Below the pieces are notes generated by a model. That model did not search any database. It was given only the letters and a program-made list of their open reading frames with translations, and was not told where the DNA came from. A stretch of 64,000 nucleotides of DNA from a virus (Duplodnaviria > Caudoviricetes), in the IMG/VR virus record IMGVR_UViG_3300031555_001437; one strand, written 5' to 3'. Shown here in pieces: positions 17,107 through 27,649 of this stretch. Every line of letters starts with the position of its first letter. Positions within the stretch are counted from its first letter, which is position 1. The translations under genes were made by a program, and so were the position numbers.

Positions 17107-17511
17107 TTACCATTTCTCTTGAGCAAACCCATTTTCGATACTGTAATATATTTTTTTAATTTTGCACTCTTTGATTAACTGCTCACATCCACAACATGGC
17201 TTTGCCATTGCAAGTCGTCCGTCTTTATGCTGACGATAAACATAAATAGATGCTTTGCTTAAATCTACACCGCGTCGAATCAACGGAATAAGAGCGTCAA
17301 CCTCTGCGTGTTTGTACCCTGGACATGTGCAGCCAAATCGCCTTGTATCAATCTGAGCTTGAATACTATGCGTTCTACTATGGCTGTTCCGTCCAGATGA
17401 AATAATTTTGTGCCTATCTACAACAACACACCCAAGTTTATATTGCTTATGATCGCTCAATTCCGACATAGCCTTGGCAGCGTTAAAATACGAGATTTCA
17501 GTACGCGTCAT
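17107..17511 (-). CDS. Zinc-dependent cytidine/deoxycytidylate deaminase-family protein
   Basis: LGCVVV...SGRN, HAE and KPCCGC motifs. Confidence 0.85.
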   Translation of the reverse strand: MTRTEISYFNAAKAMSELSDHKQYKLGCVVVDRHKIISSGRNSHSRTHSIQAQIDTRRFGCTCPGYKHAEVDALIPLIRRGVDLSKASIYVYRQHKDGRLAMAKPCCGCEQLIKECKIKKIYYSIENGFAQEKW

Positions 17512-17723
17512 ACCACGAAATCTGCAATGTGCGAATAAATATCATGTTCACACTCTACATATACTTCAGACCAGTCCATGGTCGCCACAGCGCCAATTAG
17601 TGACTTTGCGCTCACACGATAACTGTCACCGTCAATCAAGTCGATCTTGTGTGTAAACTGAGAGCAAATACTTACAAATCTATTAATATCACTTAGAGTG
17701 TCCAATCTAATCTTATGTTTCAT
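17508..17723 (-). CDS. HPr-like protein
   Basis: FV..CS.F...IDL...YRVSAKSLIG (Ser46 motif); lacks the His15 motif. Confidence 0.75.
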   Translation of the reverse strand: MKHKIRLDTLSDINRFVSICSQFTHKIDLIDGDSYRVSAKSLIGAVATMDWSEVYVECEHDIYSHIADFVV

Positions 17724-17781
17724 CTTTTATCCTTTCTGTGGTGGTTGCGGAGCCCGAAGGCCCCACAACCTATATGCTTAA

Positions 17782-18750
17782 TTACTTAGACAGAATGTCG
17801 GTAGGAATAACCACGCTGCCATCGCCAGAGACCATAGGCAGATCACCGCTCCACTGCTCAATGAGAAGCTTATTGATAAGCTCATCAGTAAGAGACTCTG
17901 CAATCTTCTGGTTTGCCTCCGCCTCAGCCTCAGCTGCAATACGAACCTTCTCTGCGTCTGCCTCTGCTGCAATCAGCACCTTCTCTGCCTCAATTGCTGC
18001 AACTTCCTTGTCTCTGTTCGCGTTGGTAAGAGCGACTTCCTTATCCTTCTCTGCATTCATGAGTGCTACATTCTTGTCCTTCTCCGCCTGGATCAGTGCA
18101 GTCTTAGCCTCAATCTCAGCCAGCTCCAGCTCCTGCTGAGCTGTTACCTTCTTCTGAATTGCCTCTGCAGTTTCATCATCAACGGAGATGTTAGTAAAGT
18201 TAACGGTGTCGATGATAATGCCGTAAGGCTCGAACTTCTCTCTCAAATAAACATCAAGCTCTGCGTTGATCTGCGTTCTCTTGTCACCAAAGATATCAGT
18301 TACAGGATAGTTTGCTGAAATCTCCTGTGTCCAAGCAATAATCTTAGGCTTGATGAACGTATCCTTAATCTCCTCACCAGAACGACCCTTGAATGCTACG
18401 AAGGTATCAGTTACTCTGGCTGCATCAAACTTGTAAGAAAACTCAAGGTCAACACGGACAGTCTTACCATCTGCGGTAGGAATGTTAAAGCTTTCGTCCT
18501 TCTTAGAGTCGCCCTTACTTGCTTCAGTTAGATACGACTGCTCGATACCGATAGAATATGCCGTAACCTTCTTAGTAGGAGCAACGAAGTGCCAGCCCTG
18601 CGTAAGAACCTCACCATCAACGCCACCACTCATGTTGTAAACAACACCGACATAACCAGCGTCAACCTTTGTCAAGCACGAAAGGCAGACAATCAGACCG
18701 ATAAAAATGATTGCGCCAAGAATAATTGCACCAATATAACCCTTTTTCAT
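17782..18750 (-). CDS. SPFH/Band-7 (prohibitin) family membrane protein
   Basis: N-terminal TM helix, VDAGYVGVV, GWHFV.P, and an AE-rich coiled coil. Confidence 0.9.
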   Translation of the reverse strand: MKKGYIGAIILGAIIFIGLIVCLSCLTKVDAGYVGVVYNMSGGVDGEVLTQGWHFVAPTKKVTAYSIGIEQSYLTEASKGDSKKDESFNIPTADGKTVRVDLEFSYKFDAARVTDTFVAFKGRSGEEIKDTFIKPKIIAWTQEISANYPVTDIFGDKRTQINAELDVYLREKFEPYGIIIDTVNFTNISVDDETAEAIQKKVTAQQELELAEIEAKTALIQAEKDKNVALMNAEKDKEVALTNANRDKEVAAIEAEKVLIAAEADAEKVRIAAEAEAEANQKIAESLTDELINKLLIEQWSGDLPMVSGDGSVVIPTDILSK

Positions 18751-18752
18751 TA

Positions 18753-18917
18753 TTAATTCTCCTTATCTTCTTCTTTTGTTTTTTCTCCGAACATTGCTTC
18801 TTTTGCATCGTCAACCAATCTAGAACCGAGCTTTCCTAGCGGTCTATATAAGAACGAACACAGCAGCCACAGCAATGCTCCTGCTGCAAATGCACCTAAA
18901 ATCAATACTGGATTCAT
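18753..18917 (-). CDS. Small membrane protein (54 aa) upstream of SPFH
   Basis: MNPVLILGAFAAGALLWLLCSFLYRP...; read manually. Confidence 0.55.
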   Translation of the reverse strand: MNPVLILGAFAAGALLWLLCSFLYRPLGKLGSRLVDDAKEAMFGEKTKEEDKEN

Positions 18918-18927
18918 GATGCACCTC

Positions 18928-19239
18928 TTACTTCTCGTTGATGAGAATCGTGTTGAATGAACTTGCTAGATAAACAGTGCCATCATCTGCGATGATTTGA
19001 AGTTGCTCTCCGTCGTAGTCTCGCCACTGCTTGATGTTGACGTCAAACGTCTGACCGTCGCCGTAAGTGATGATTGCTCGCGTGTACGTTTTGTTGGTAT
19101 CAAACAGGTCTTGGTTGCCACAAGATACCAGCATTGTTGATAACGCAATCACTGCAATGATAAACGCAATAATTCTTTTCATGTGTTCTCCTTTCATTTT
19201 GTCGCGTTTTGTGAACATATTATAACATAGTTTCCACAA
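18928..19239 (-). CDS. Putative lipoprotein
   Basis: MKRIIAFII...LVSC lipobox; likely start at MKRII. Confidence 0.7.
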   Translation of the reverse strand: MWKLCYNMFTKRDKMKGEHMKRIIAFIIAVIALSTMLVSCGNQDLFDTNKTYTRAIITYGDGQTFDVNIKQWRDYDGEQLQIIADDGTVYLASSFNTILINEK

Positions 19240-19253
19240 TTTGTCAAGTACTT

Positions 19254-19487
19254 TTAGAAACCGTTTACAAATTGTTTACATTCTTCATATGTGCCGAACA
19301 GATACGACTCTGGCCACAGACCAGTATCCTGTAGAAGCTCGTAAAATATCTTTACGTCGTCTTCTATTTTGATTACTATTCTGCAAACAGTATACGGCAT
19401 TGTGCTTATGAATGTCTCTCCGTCATAACAATATGATTTGTATACGGAGTCTTCTACATTGAATTTTGTGTTAACGTTAATGTTCAT
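19254..19487 (-). CDS. Hypothetical protein
   Basis: RBS and its own TTGACA-17bp-TATAAT promoter at 19517-19545. Confidence 0.55.
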   Translation of the reverse strand: MNINVNTKFNVEDSVYKSYCYDGETFISTMPYTVCRIVIKIEDDVKIFYELLQDTGLWPESYLFGTYEECKQFVNGF

Positions 19488-19604
19488 AATCGCTCCTCGT
19501 GTTCTGAAGTGCCTATATTATAACATATTTGTCGAAATTTGTCAAGCGCCTTGTTGATTTATTTACAATTCGTTAACAATTAGCCGCCTTGCGGCGGCCG
19601 CATG

Positions 19605-22600
19605 TTAAACGACAGTGTAGCTGGAGAGCCAAAGGTCTTCCTTACTGTAGTCTTGAGACCAAGTACCGTCCTCAAGTCTTTTCCAGCCAGGTTTTTTATC
19701 AATAAAATACTTGATTACTTGTCCTACGGCAATAGGCATTTGCTCGTAAGATTTTTTCTTGAGTTTGACAACTGTTGTTTGACCGTTGCTAAGGCAATAA
19801 AGTTGTGCTCTGAATGTACTATAACGAGTGTCAATATCCATGATTACCGCCGTGTTCTGCGCAGATGGGTCTACATATGATATATAACCACACATTTCCT
19901 GCTGCGTTTGCAGTTTTGTCTGCAATGGGATATCTGTATCTGGGATACAAGAGCACAAATAAGTAAGCATAGTGTTCATGTTTTCATCATCAAACTTATA
20001 CATTTTTGCAGTTTCAGACACGCAATACTTACCTAAAATTTCAATTGGAATTGCCGTATTGTCTTTTTTTATTTGTTTTTTGCCACGAAGTGCGTTATAT
20101 AGATCAATAATCTTTAAGAGCTTCTGCGCCTTTCCGAACTCAGAGAAGAAATCGAGCTTTACGAGTAAGTCGAGCTGTCTTGAATCAAGCGGAGAGATAT
20201 CCAGAAAATCTATGAAACTATTAAACTTCATATCTTTCATTTCGTACAACTTATCGGATGCACTAGAATTCATGTATTTGATTGACTCTAGCCCTTTATA
20301 GATAGAATTCGTTTCCTTGCTCATATGATAACCGCTGCGTGAATAGCGGAATTTTGGAGGAGAAATCTTAATACCAACTTTATTTGCATATTTTGTGATA
20401 GCTACAATCTTGTCTTCCTTGCCAGTAAACGTATTAAAGGCTGCGGTTAGAAACTCAAGAGGATAATAGTGGCGCAAAAATCCACACACATAACCAATAC
20501 AACTATATGCATCGGAATGATTCCAGCTAAACCCGTATGAAGATGCATCGAGAATAATCTGCAAGAACGGCTTAATAACTTCTTGGCATCTTTCTTTGGT
20601 TATATCGTAGTGCGTTGACGAATACTCAATAAATCTACGTTCGATTTCAGGAAGAAGCTGTTCTGTGCCTTTTTTCTTCGCAATACCACGACGAACATTA
20701 TCGGACTCCGCACTAGAATATCCACAAAACTTAACAAGAAACTGCATAATGGTTTCCTGCATACATACTCGCCCAGCCTCTGGAGCAAGAAACTCATTTA
20801 ATTCCTTGAAGCCATTATCGTAGAATACTCCATCTGCTACCTCATCACGATAACTTGCGCAAGCTGGTCTCAACAATCCATTACCAAACGAGAACCACTT
20901 AATATAAGAAAAATTCTTGCTTTGCTCTTTCGCTTTAGCAACTACAGCGTCTGACATAAATCTCTTAAGATAAGCTGCTGCACTATCAGACTCCCACTGG
21001 AATATCATCGTGGTGTCATCCCTAATACTACGCCAAACGGCCTCGTCCTCAAGATCTACGTTATCTGGGGTTAATCTATCAATGCCAACAAGTTTACAAC
21101 ATTCATTGATTACGCCAATATTATCCAGACCAAGGATGTCTAACTTGACATACATCTGGTCATCTAACCCATGCATATCCAACATTGATACAGGATAGTC
21201 AGATGTAGAAAGGCTACACAATCCAACATCGGCCTCGATCTCCCTGTCGCTTACAAGAACGCCGCTTGGGTGTGAGCCAATAGAAACAATTGTCCCAGAA
21301 ACAATGTTAACATATTTGAAAACTTCTGGATACTTTTCCTTCCACTTGTCATCAATAGTTCCATCAATATTTACGGCATCGCTAATCTGTTGTGCTTCAT
21401 CAAGAGAAATACTTAGCGCTCTGCACACATCCTTAATTGCTCCCTTTGTGGCAATAGTGTTAAACGTAATAATCTCGCTTGTCTTGATATGCGGTAAGTT
21501 CATTCTGTCGTGTAGTAGGAAGTATTTAATTTTTTCTCTATCTTTTGAACAGTAGTCTGTATCAATATCTGCATTGGTGACACGCCCAGGATTCATAAAG
21601 CGAAAATAGTTAAGATTAAACTTTAAACTATCCATCTGGGTGATACCTAGCACATAAGCAATCAAACTGCCCGATACAGAACCACGCCCATATCCACACT
21701 GGATGTCATTTTCGTGCTCCCACTCTCTCAAATACGTCTCAAGAAGCATAAAGTCAATTGCCCCGACCTTCTTGTAAACATCATATTCTTCTCTGATTTG
21801 TTTCATAACTTGCGAGCTTGGATAGCGAGTCTTCAAGAACGGATGCTTATTGTAAGCATTATTTATTTTTGTTTTAAATGTTTTATCTGGATCATCATAA
21901 ATATGAGGATATTTTGTACGCCTATCTACCTCAAACGTTTCAACCATGTCCGCTATCTTATTTGTGTTCTCAATTGCTCTAAGATAGACATCTCTTGGCA
22001 ACGACCCCTGCTCTTCGTAAGCAGAGCATAACTCTTCATAAGACTTGAAAGTTAAATCCCATCCGTCTTCATCGTCAAACCTAATACTTTTGCTTAATTG
22101 TAGGATTTTTCTCCCTTCTGCGTGCTCACTATTAAGAGAGTGCGTATCTGTACCAGCTACGAGTTGTAAATCATACATCGTGCTAAGTTCATAAAGTTTC
22201 TTGTTATAGACTTTTTGATCATCGACGTCGTGGTGCTGCACTTCCAAGAAACACCTCTCTTTATTTCGAATGATGAAATCAAGAAATTGTCTTTGAATTG
22301 CTTCCGATGCTCGATTCAAAATGCCACCAAGACACGCAGTGGATACAATAATATTGTCAGACGTTCCAAGCAAATCACCCAATTCAATTCTTGGAGCATA
22401 GTAATAATGACCATCTTTGCGGTTAAACGACTTACTTGCTAGCCTGTTAATTTCTTTTACGCCATCAAAATTACGAGCAATAAGTAAGCAGTGCCAATTG
22501 TCACGAATTTTAATCGGATTACCCTTTTCGTCTATAGATATCTTTTCTGTTACATAAAACTCTGCGGCGTGAATATACTTCATCCCAGCCTTTTCAATTG

Positions 22601-22775
22601 CCTCTTTCTTGCCATGCCAGTCAAAAACCGAGCCATGCTCAGAAAATGCAAGAGCGGTCATATTGAGTTCTTTGGCTCTATTAACGTAATCTTGGTATTT
22701 TGTGATACTGTCGATGTTTGTCACGCAGTTTGACATATCTGAATGCAAATGCAGTACCGTATAGTTATTGCTCAC
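19605..22775 (-). CDS. dnaE: DNA polymerase III alpha subunit (family C)
   Basis: PHP domain LHLHS...SEHG, GRGSVSGSL, DIDTD, HPSG, KLDILGL, YGFSWNHS.AYS. Confidence 0.95.
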   Translation of the reverse strand: MSNNYTVLHLHSDMSNCVTNIDSITKYQDYVNRAKELNMTALAFSEHGSVFDWHGKKEAIEKAGMKYIHAAEFYVTEKISIDEKGNPIKIRDNWHCLLIARNFDGVKEINRLASKSFNRKDGHYYYAPRIELGDLLGTSDNIIVSTACLGGILNRASEAIQRQFLDFIIRNKERCFLEVQHHDVDDQKVYNKKLYELSTMYDLQLVAGTDTHSLNSEHAEGRKILQLSKSIRFDDEDGWDLTFKSYEELCSAYEEQGSLPRDVYLRAIENTNKIADMVETFEVDRRTKYPHIYDDPDKTFKTKINNAYNKHPFLKTRYPSSQVMKQIREEYDVYKKVGAIDFMLLETYLREWEHENDIQCGYGRGSVSGSLIAYVLGITQMDSLKFNLNYFRFMNPGRVTNADIDTDYCSKDREKIKYFLLHDRMNLPHIKTSEIITFNTIATKGAIKDVCRALSISLDEAQQISDAVNIDGTIDDKWKEKYPEVFKYVNIVSGTIVSIGSHPSGVLVSDREIEADVGLCSLSTSDYPVSMLDMHGLDDQMYVKLDILGLDNIGVINECCKLVGIDRLTPDNVDLEDEAVWRSIRDDTTMIFQWESDSAAAYLKRFMSDAVVAKAKEQSKNFSYIKWFSFGNGLLRPACASYRDEVADGVFYDNGFKELNEFLAPEAGRVCMQETIMQFLVKFCGYSSAESDNVRRGIAKKKGTEQLLPEIERRFIEYSSTHYDITKERCQEVIKPFLQIILDASSYGFSWNHSDAYSCIGYVCGFLRHYYPLEFLTAAFNTFTGKEDKIVAITKYANKVGIKISPPKFRYSRSGYHMSKETNSIYKGLESIKYMNSSASDKLYEMKDMKFNSFIDFLDISPLDSRQLDLLVKLDFFSEFGKAQKLLKIIDLYNALRGKKQIKKDNTAIPIEILGKYCVSETAKMYKFDDENMNTMLTYLCSCIPDTDIPLQTKLQTQQEMCGYISYVDPSAQNTAVIMDIDTRYSTFRAQLYCLSNGQTTVVKLKKKSYEQMPIAVGQVIKYFIDKKPGWKRLEDGTWSQDYSKEDLWLSSYTVV

Positions 22776-22808
22776 ATTATCACCCCAAATTCATTTTGTT
22801 GCGTCGAT

Positions 22809-22837
22809 ATTATAACATATAATATTCATTTTGTCAA
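22809..22837 (-). promoter_or_regulatory. Sigma-A promoter of dnaE
   Basis: TTGACA-17bp-TATAAT with a repeat copy at about 22791. Confidence 0.78.
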
Positions 22838-22865
22838 GTACACCATTGCATTGTTTACAATTTAT

Positions 22866-23861
22866 TCATTTTGTCGTGTTGTTCTTTTCCTTGCAAAACT
22901 CTCTGTATTTTCTTGTATACTCATAAGCGCCACCAAAAATATTATTAACTGCAACAGACAGGCGCGGTTCGTGTTTATTGATGACCTCTAACTCGTTTTC
23001 AAAATCCCTACCATAAGGACAACCGCAGCAACCAGTTCTCTTTAATCTGTATTTAGAATAACATTCGCTATGAACTACTCCAAAATGTTTCTCATATTCG
23101 CACTTATCGTTATCGGAATACCAAAACAGCGGTCTATAATTATCTGTCCCATTGTCATTGTTATCAAAACAGTTTTTATATACAGTTTGTCTAAATCCAC
23201 CCTCGGCCCTTCTTACACCAACAATGTTTAGATCATAGTTATTGTTTTTGATTAATTGTATTGCAACTTTCTTCTTTGCGTAATTACAGCATTTATTAGA
23301 AATATAAAAATCGGGAGGATTTGCGATAATAAACTCCTTGAGCCATTTGTTGTATTTGATGTTAAAAGCAACACATGGTCTTTTGTTGCACCACCACTCC
23401 AACGCAGATTTACATTTTGGATATCGTGCATATAAAACATCAAAGTCTTCATCTTCCCATTTAAATCCGTGACGCTGTAGTCTCTCCATATATTCACTTA
23501 CTCTTTTGCTCATAAATGGTTGTCCAAATTGTCTGCACGATGTTGGAATAGACACAATTGGCTTGCACGCTGTAATTTTTATGTCATACCTTTTCTCCAA
23601 AAACTTTAAGTGTTCTTTTGTTGCGTTATACTCTAATCCAGTATCAAACCAAACATATTCTACCTTATTGCTTTTGTCACATCTCCAACAAATATCAAGC
23701 ATCACATCACTATCAGACCCACCCGACACAGAGCATATAATCTTTTTATATTTATCATCATTAATATATGTCCAAGCCTTAATCATATTATCAATAATAA
23801 CATCGTTCTTTGGACATTGCTTAATTGCGTCTTCTACGCCTTCAAATTTCTTTACTTCCAT
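22866..23861 (-). CDS. PAPS reductase-family (PP-loop) Fe-S protein, copy 1
   Basis: SVSGGSDS, DTGLE, CCNYAKK, GVRRAE and RTGCCGCPY. Confidence 0.88.
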   Translation of the reverse strand: MEVKKFEGVEDAIKQCPKNDVIIDNMIKAWTYINDDKYKKIICSVSGGSDSDVMLDICWRCDKSNKVEYVWFDTGLEYNATKEHLKFLEKRYDIKITACKPIVSIPTSCRQFGQPFMSKRVSEYMERLQRHGFKWEDEDFDVLYARYPKCKSALEWWCNKRPCVAFNIKYNKWLKEFIIANPPDFYISNKCCNYAKKKVAIQLIKNNNYDLNIVGVRRAEGGFRQTVYKNCFDNNDNGTDNYRPLFWYSDNDKCEYEKHFGVVHSECYSKYRLKRTGCCGCPYGRDFENELEVINKHEPRLSVAVNNIFGGAYEYTRKYREFCKEKNNTTK

Positions 23862-23870
23862 ATTTATACC

Positions 23871-24947
23871 TCATCTTAACAAAGATATTGTTTGTACTAA
23901 TGCGTCAACAACGAAATCAACTTCCTCTTTCGTGTTATTGTCAAACGTAAATCTGATCACATTGTTTTCCTTGATCCCAATCGCTCTAAGAACATGAGAC
24001 CCGCTTGCATTGTTGCTATTACACGCAGAGCCAGACGACACACATATGCCTCGTTGCGCCAACATCAATACAAGCGTTTCTCCGTTGATACCATCAAAAT
24101 AAATTGACGCATTATTTTTCAATCTATTATCATCGCAGGCACACCCAACCAACGAACAACCACTAATTGATGATAAAACTTTATTCACAAAACAATCTCT
24201 GCATTCTGCTGTTGGGTATTCGATGGTTGCAATGGCTGCACTGAGACCAGCAATATATGGAACGTTTTCTGTTCCACCTCTACGCGCATTCTCTTGCGAC
24301 CCATAAATCAGAGGAGGCAGCTTTATCCCACGCTTTACATACAGCACACCAATGCCCTTTGGAGCTCCAAACTTTTGCCCACTGAAAGACATCATATCGA
24401 CGCCTTTTACATTAATTTTTCTATCTGGAATAATCTGTGTTGCGTCAGTATGCAAAATGCATTTGTACGAATGCACTAATCTGCTGATCTCAGCGATGTT
24501 TTGGATTGTTCCAATTTCATTATTCGCATATTGAATGCTTACTAAAGACGGTTGACTTTCTAATGCCCAACTCAATTCTTGCATGTTAACAAACCCATTA
24601 CTGTCTACGCCGATGATGGTTGTTCTGTCGCTATATGCCTCTGCAATGTTCATGATCGACTTGTGCTCAATTGATGTGGTAACAAGACGATGATCACTTT
24701 CTTTTAAATAACCACAGATTGCATGGCTATTTGCTTCACACGCTCCAGATGTAAAAATAATTTCAGACGGATGAGCCCCAATAAACTTCGCCACAGTTTT
24801 TCTGCCGAAATCAAGGATGTTTTTTGCATTACGGCCTAAAGGATGCAGAGAAGACGGATTTCCCCAGTGCTCTGTTAGGCACTTGGTTATTTCCTCTACG
24901 ACTTCTTTCTTGGGCTTGGTCGTAGCCGCATTGTCCATGTATATCAT
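23871..24947 (-). CDS. iscS: Cysteine desulfurase (IscS/NifS family)
   Basis: YMDNAATT, GNPSS, FTSGACEAN, NNEIG, SGQKFGAPKG and SSGSACNS. Confidence 0.93.
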   Translation of the reverse strand: MIYMDNAATTKPKKEVVEEITKCLTEHWGNPSSLHPLGRNAKNILDFGRKTVAKFIGAHPSEIIFTSGACEANSHAICGYLKESDHRLVTTSIEHKSIMNIAEAYSDRTTIIGVDSNGFVNMQELSWALESQPSLVSIQYANNEIGTIQNIAEISRLVHSYKCILHTDATQIIPDRKINVKGVDMMSFSGQKFGAPKGIGVLYVKRGIKLPPLIYGSQENARRGGTENVPYIAGLSAAIATIEYPTAECRDCFVNKVLSSISGCSLVGCACDDNRLKNNASIYFDGINGETLVLMLAQRGICVSSGSACNSNNASGSHVLRAIGIKENNVIRFTFDNNTKEEVDFVVDALVQTISLLR

Positions 24948-25984
24948 CCCTTGGTCTCCTTTTTCTGTTTCTTCTTTTCGTCGCGAAAAGCCCTATATCT
25001 TCTTGTGTAATCGTATGCGTCCTTAAAAATATTGCTAATAGCCTTATAAAGCTTAGGTTCATATTTTTCAATCGCTAGCAGATCTATTTCGAACCGAGCA
25101 TTAAAGGGGCAGCCAGCACATCCAGTTCTCAAAAAACCATAATCTGTATAACATCTACTATGCTCTACTTTATAAAACTCTTCATATTCCAATCTGTCTT
25201 GATTGGTGAACCAATATATCGGATAAAAATCATCATATGCCTTTGATTTGTCAGAGCTATCTGATGTATTGTCCGAAAAACAAGACTTAATAGCTGTTGC
25301 TCTGACTCCACCCTCGGCTTTTCTCAATCCTAAGCACTTTAAATCTATGTGAGACTCTTTTTCATATAATTTACTGGGGTTCTTTTTCGCTCCTTCGCAG
25401 CATCTTGGAGAAACCAAAAAGGTGGGAGGGTTTGCGATCATAAATTCTTTCAAAAACGCCATGTGGTTAATGTTGTAGTCTGGCTTAGTATTACACCACC
25501 ATTTTAAAGCGCTTTTACAATGCGGATACTTGGCAACCAACTCTTCATAACTCTTTGGACCATCGTTTGCAAAATCAAAATTATTGTTTTGTAACGTTCG
25601 TATTTTACCAGACGCATCTTTACTTAAAAACGGAATGCCATACTGTCTACATCCAAGAGGGACAGGCACCGACGATCTCAATCTTTTAATTGATATATGG
25701 TATTTCTCTTCAAGATACGTAAGATGGTCTTTGGTTGCTTGGTACTCGATTCCAGTGTCAAAAAACACATACTCAATTTTATTGTCCTTATCCACTCTCC
25801 ATAACACATCCAGCATCACGTCACTATCGGCTCCACCAGAGACAGAGCAGAAAACTTTCTTATATTTATCGTCATTAATTACGCTGTATGCTTTTATCAA
25901 ACTTTCTTTTATTGTTTTATTTTGAGGGCAATTCTCAAGCAAATCCGTCAGATCTGACACCCTCTTTATTTCTTGCGCGCTCAT
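24944..25984 (-). CDS. PAPS reductase-family (PP-loop) Fe-S protein, copy 2
   Basis: SVSGGADS, DTGIE, CCEGAKK, GLRKAE and RTGCAGCPF; paralog of 22866-23861. Confidence 0.88.
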   Translation of the reverse strand: MSAQEIKRVSDLTDLLENCPQNKTIKESLIKAYSVINDDKYKKVFCSVSGGADSDVMLDVLWRVDKDNKIEYVFFDTGIEYQATKDHLTYLEEKYHISIKRLRSSVPVPLGCRQYGIPFLSKDASGKIRTLQNNNFDFANDGPKSYEELVAKYPHCKSALKWWCNTKPDYNINHMAFLKEFMIANPPTFLVSPRCCEGAKKNPSKLYEKESHIDLKCLGLRKAEGGVRATAIKSCFSDNTSDSSDKSKAYDDFYPIYWFTNQDRLEYEEFYKVEHSRCYTDYGFLRTGCAGCPFNARFEIDLLAIEKYEPKLYKAISNIFKDAYDYTRRYRAFRDEKKKQKKETKG

Positions 25985-25999
25985 AACATTGCCTCCGAT

Positions 26000-27649
26000 T
26001 CATTTTGTCGTGTAAAAATCATAGTCGCTCATAGTTAGCTGCAGATAATTGTTTCTGCCATATCTTACTTTGCTCAGAGTTCCAACTCCAACGATCTCTC
26101 CATTTTGCGGAGCACTCTCCCAAGTTCTATCATTCCAAGATACAAGCAATAGCCCGCTGTCATTATCTATGAACTTGCTGTGCTTTCCACCGCTCATGAA
26201 CGCAGACTGATAATCATCACTTCTGATTAACACCGTTACGGGTTCAAAATCTGCTCCAGAGATACGATTGATTGCAGATAGCTGACGAATTAAATATTCG
26301 TTAACTTGGTTTGCATAAATCTCAATGTCGGCTTCAACTTTGACCGAGAACTCGACATCAGTAAGAACATCCTCGATTGCAATCTTAAAATCTTCAAATT
26401 TATCTACGTCAATAAATGCTCCGCTTGCAAGAGGATGCCCTTGACATACACATAACCCAGTTTGATTAGCAATGTCAAGCATATCCTCTACCCCTATTGC
26501 ACGCATACTGCCACTATATTCATGTTTAATAATTTCGCCAGTTTCATCATCTAGTTCAATTTTTTCGCGCAAAACAAACAGCGGTCGCTGATATTGGCTG
26601 AGGAGCTTATTCGCAACTAATCCAGAAACCGATGCGTCCACATCGTTTGGCAACATGAAAAACATACACTTTCTGTCAAGTTGATCTTCTGCCTGTTGAA
26701 CGACGTTGTCCATCAACTCCGCAACAATATTGTTCTGCAACTCTCTACATCCTCTCAAATCTGAAATCAGCGCATCCATCTCATCCTCGTCATCTGTGAG
26801 AAAAAGTTCCATGGCTTTTGTGTTTTGACCAATTCTCATAGCCGCATTAACAAGAGGCGCCACGCTAAAACTGATTGCTGTACTGTCGAACGCATAGCTG
26901 CCCACCACCTTTTTAATCAGCTGATGGTCGTAATATTTTAATCCTCGATATACGATATACCGATTTTCTGGCGAGTTCATCGACGTCATATCCGCCACCA
27001 GGCCAAACGCACCATACAACCATAGGTTAAGTTCATTTGCATAGTCTTCAAGATTCATGTGGTCTGCATATAACACATACTTCAACGCCACACCAGCTCC
27101 CGAAAGCTCTTTATTTGGATAATAGTTAGCCGAACTTACCAACACAAACGGCAAATCTGACTCCAATAATCTTCTCTCTGGAATGTGATGGTCAAACACA
27201 CAGAGTCTCACGCCAGTAGAAAGTATTTTCTCATATACCGCAGGATCATTATTTATAGAATCGACAATTATCATCACATCAACATCTTTGAGTAACTCCA
27301 AGTCAAAATTCTCTGCTCCGTGCTCCTTGCCTTGATTGATTACGCACTGTACGTCTGCTCCACGTGCTCTCAGATATCTAACCATGATTGCGTTAGCACT
27401 ACATCCGTCGACGTCAACGTCAGCCAGCACCAAGAATTTCTCTCCCATAGTAATTGCGTCTTCTATGGTAACATACGCTTCGTGTAGACCAATAAGTTCG
27501 TCAAAGTCAACCATATCGTCTTCTGTAGGAGCCAAAAACGCGCTCAAATCATCAATACCGCGACTTTGAAGTATTGCCTCGATAATTTCTTCATCGTCCA
27601 TACTCGTTCCGTCAATACGAGCAGTTAATTGTTTAATCATATTCACCAC
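26000..27649 (-). CDS. recJ: RecJ-like single-stranded DNA exonuclease (DHH family)
   Basis: DVDVDG, DHH, LSGAGV, PLVNAAMR, GSMR and GH..ASG. Confidence 0.88.
   Translation of the reverse strand: MVNMIKQLTARIDGTSMDDEEIIEAILQSRGIDDLSAFLAPTEDDMVDFDELIGLHEAYVTIEDAITMGEKFLVLADVDVDGCSANAIMVRYLRARGADVQCVINQGKEHGAENFDLELLKDVDVMIIVDSINNDPAVYEKILSTGVRLCVFDHHIPERRLLESDLPFVLVSSANYYPNKELSGAGVALKYVLYADHMNLEDYANELNLWLYGAFGLVADMTSMNSPENRYIVYRGLKYYDHQLIKKVVGSYAFDSTAISFSVAPLVNAAMRIGQNTKAMELFLTDDEDEMDALISDLRGCRELQNNIVAELMDNVVQQAEDQLDRKCMFFMLPNDVDASVSGLVANKLLSQYQRPLFVLREKIELDDETGEIIKHEYSGSMRAIGVEDMLDIANQTGLCVCQGHPLASGAFIDVDKFEDFKIAIEDVLTDVEFSVKVEADIEIYANQVNEYLIRQLSAINRISGADFEPVTVLIRSDDYQSAFMSGGKHSKFIDNDSGLLLVSWNDRTWESAPQNGEIVGVGTLSKVRYGRNNYLQLTMSDYDFYTTK

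Noticed and set aside
19605-22775. Intein or intron in DnaE, NrdD or the helicase
   Set aside because: Lengths and motif spacing are normal; no intein splice motifs were seen; the homing endonucleases are free-standing
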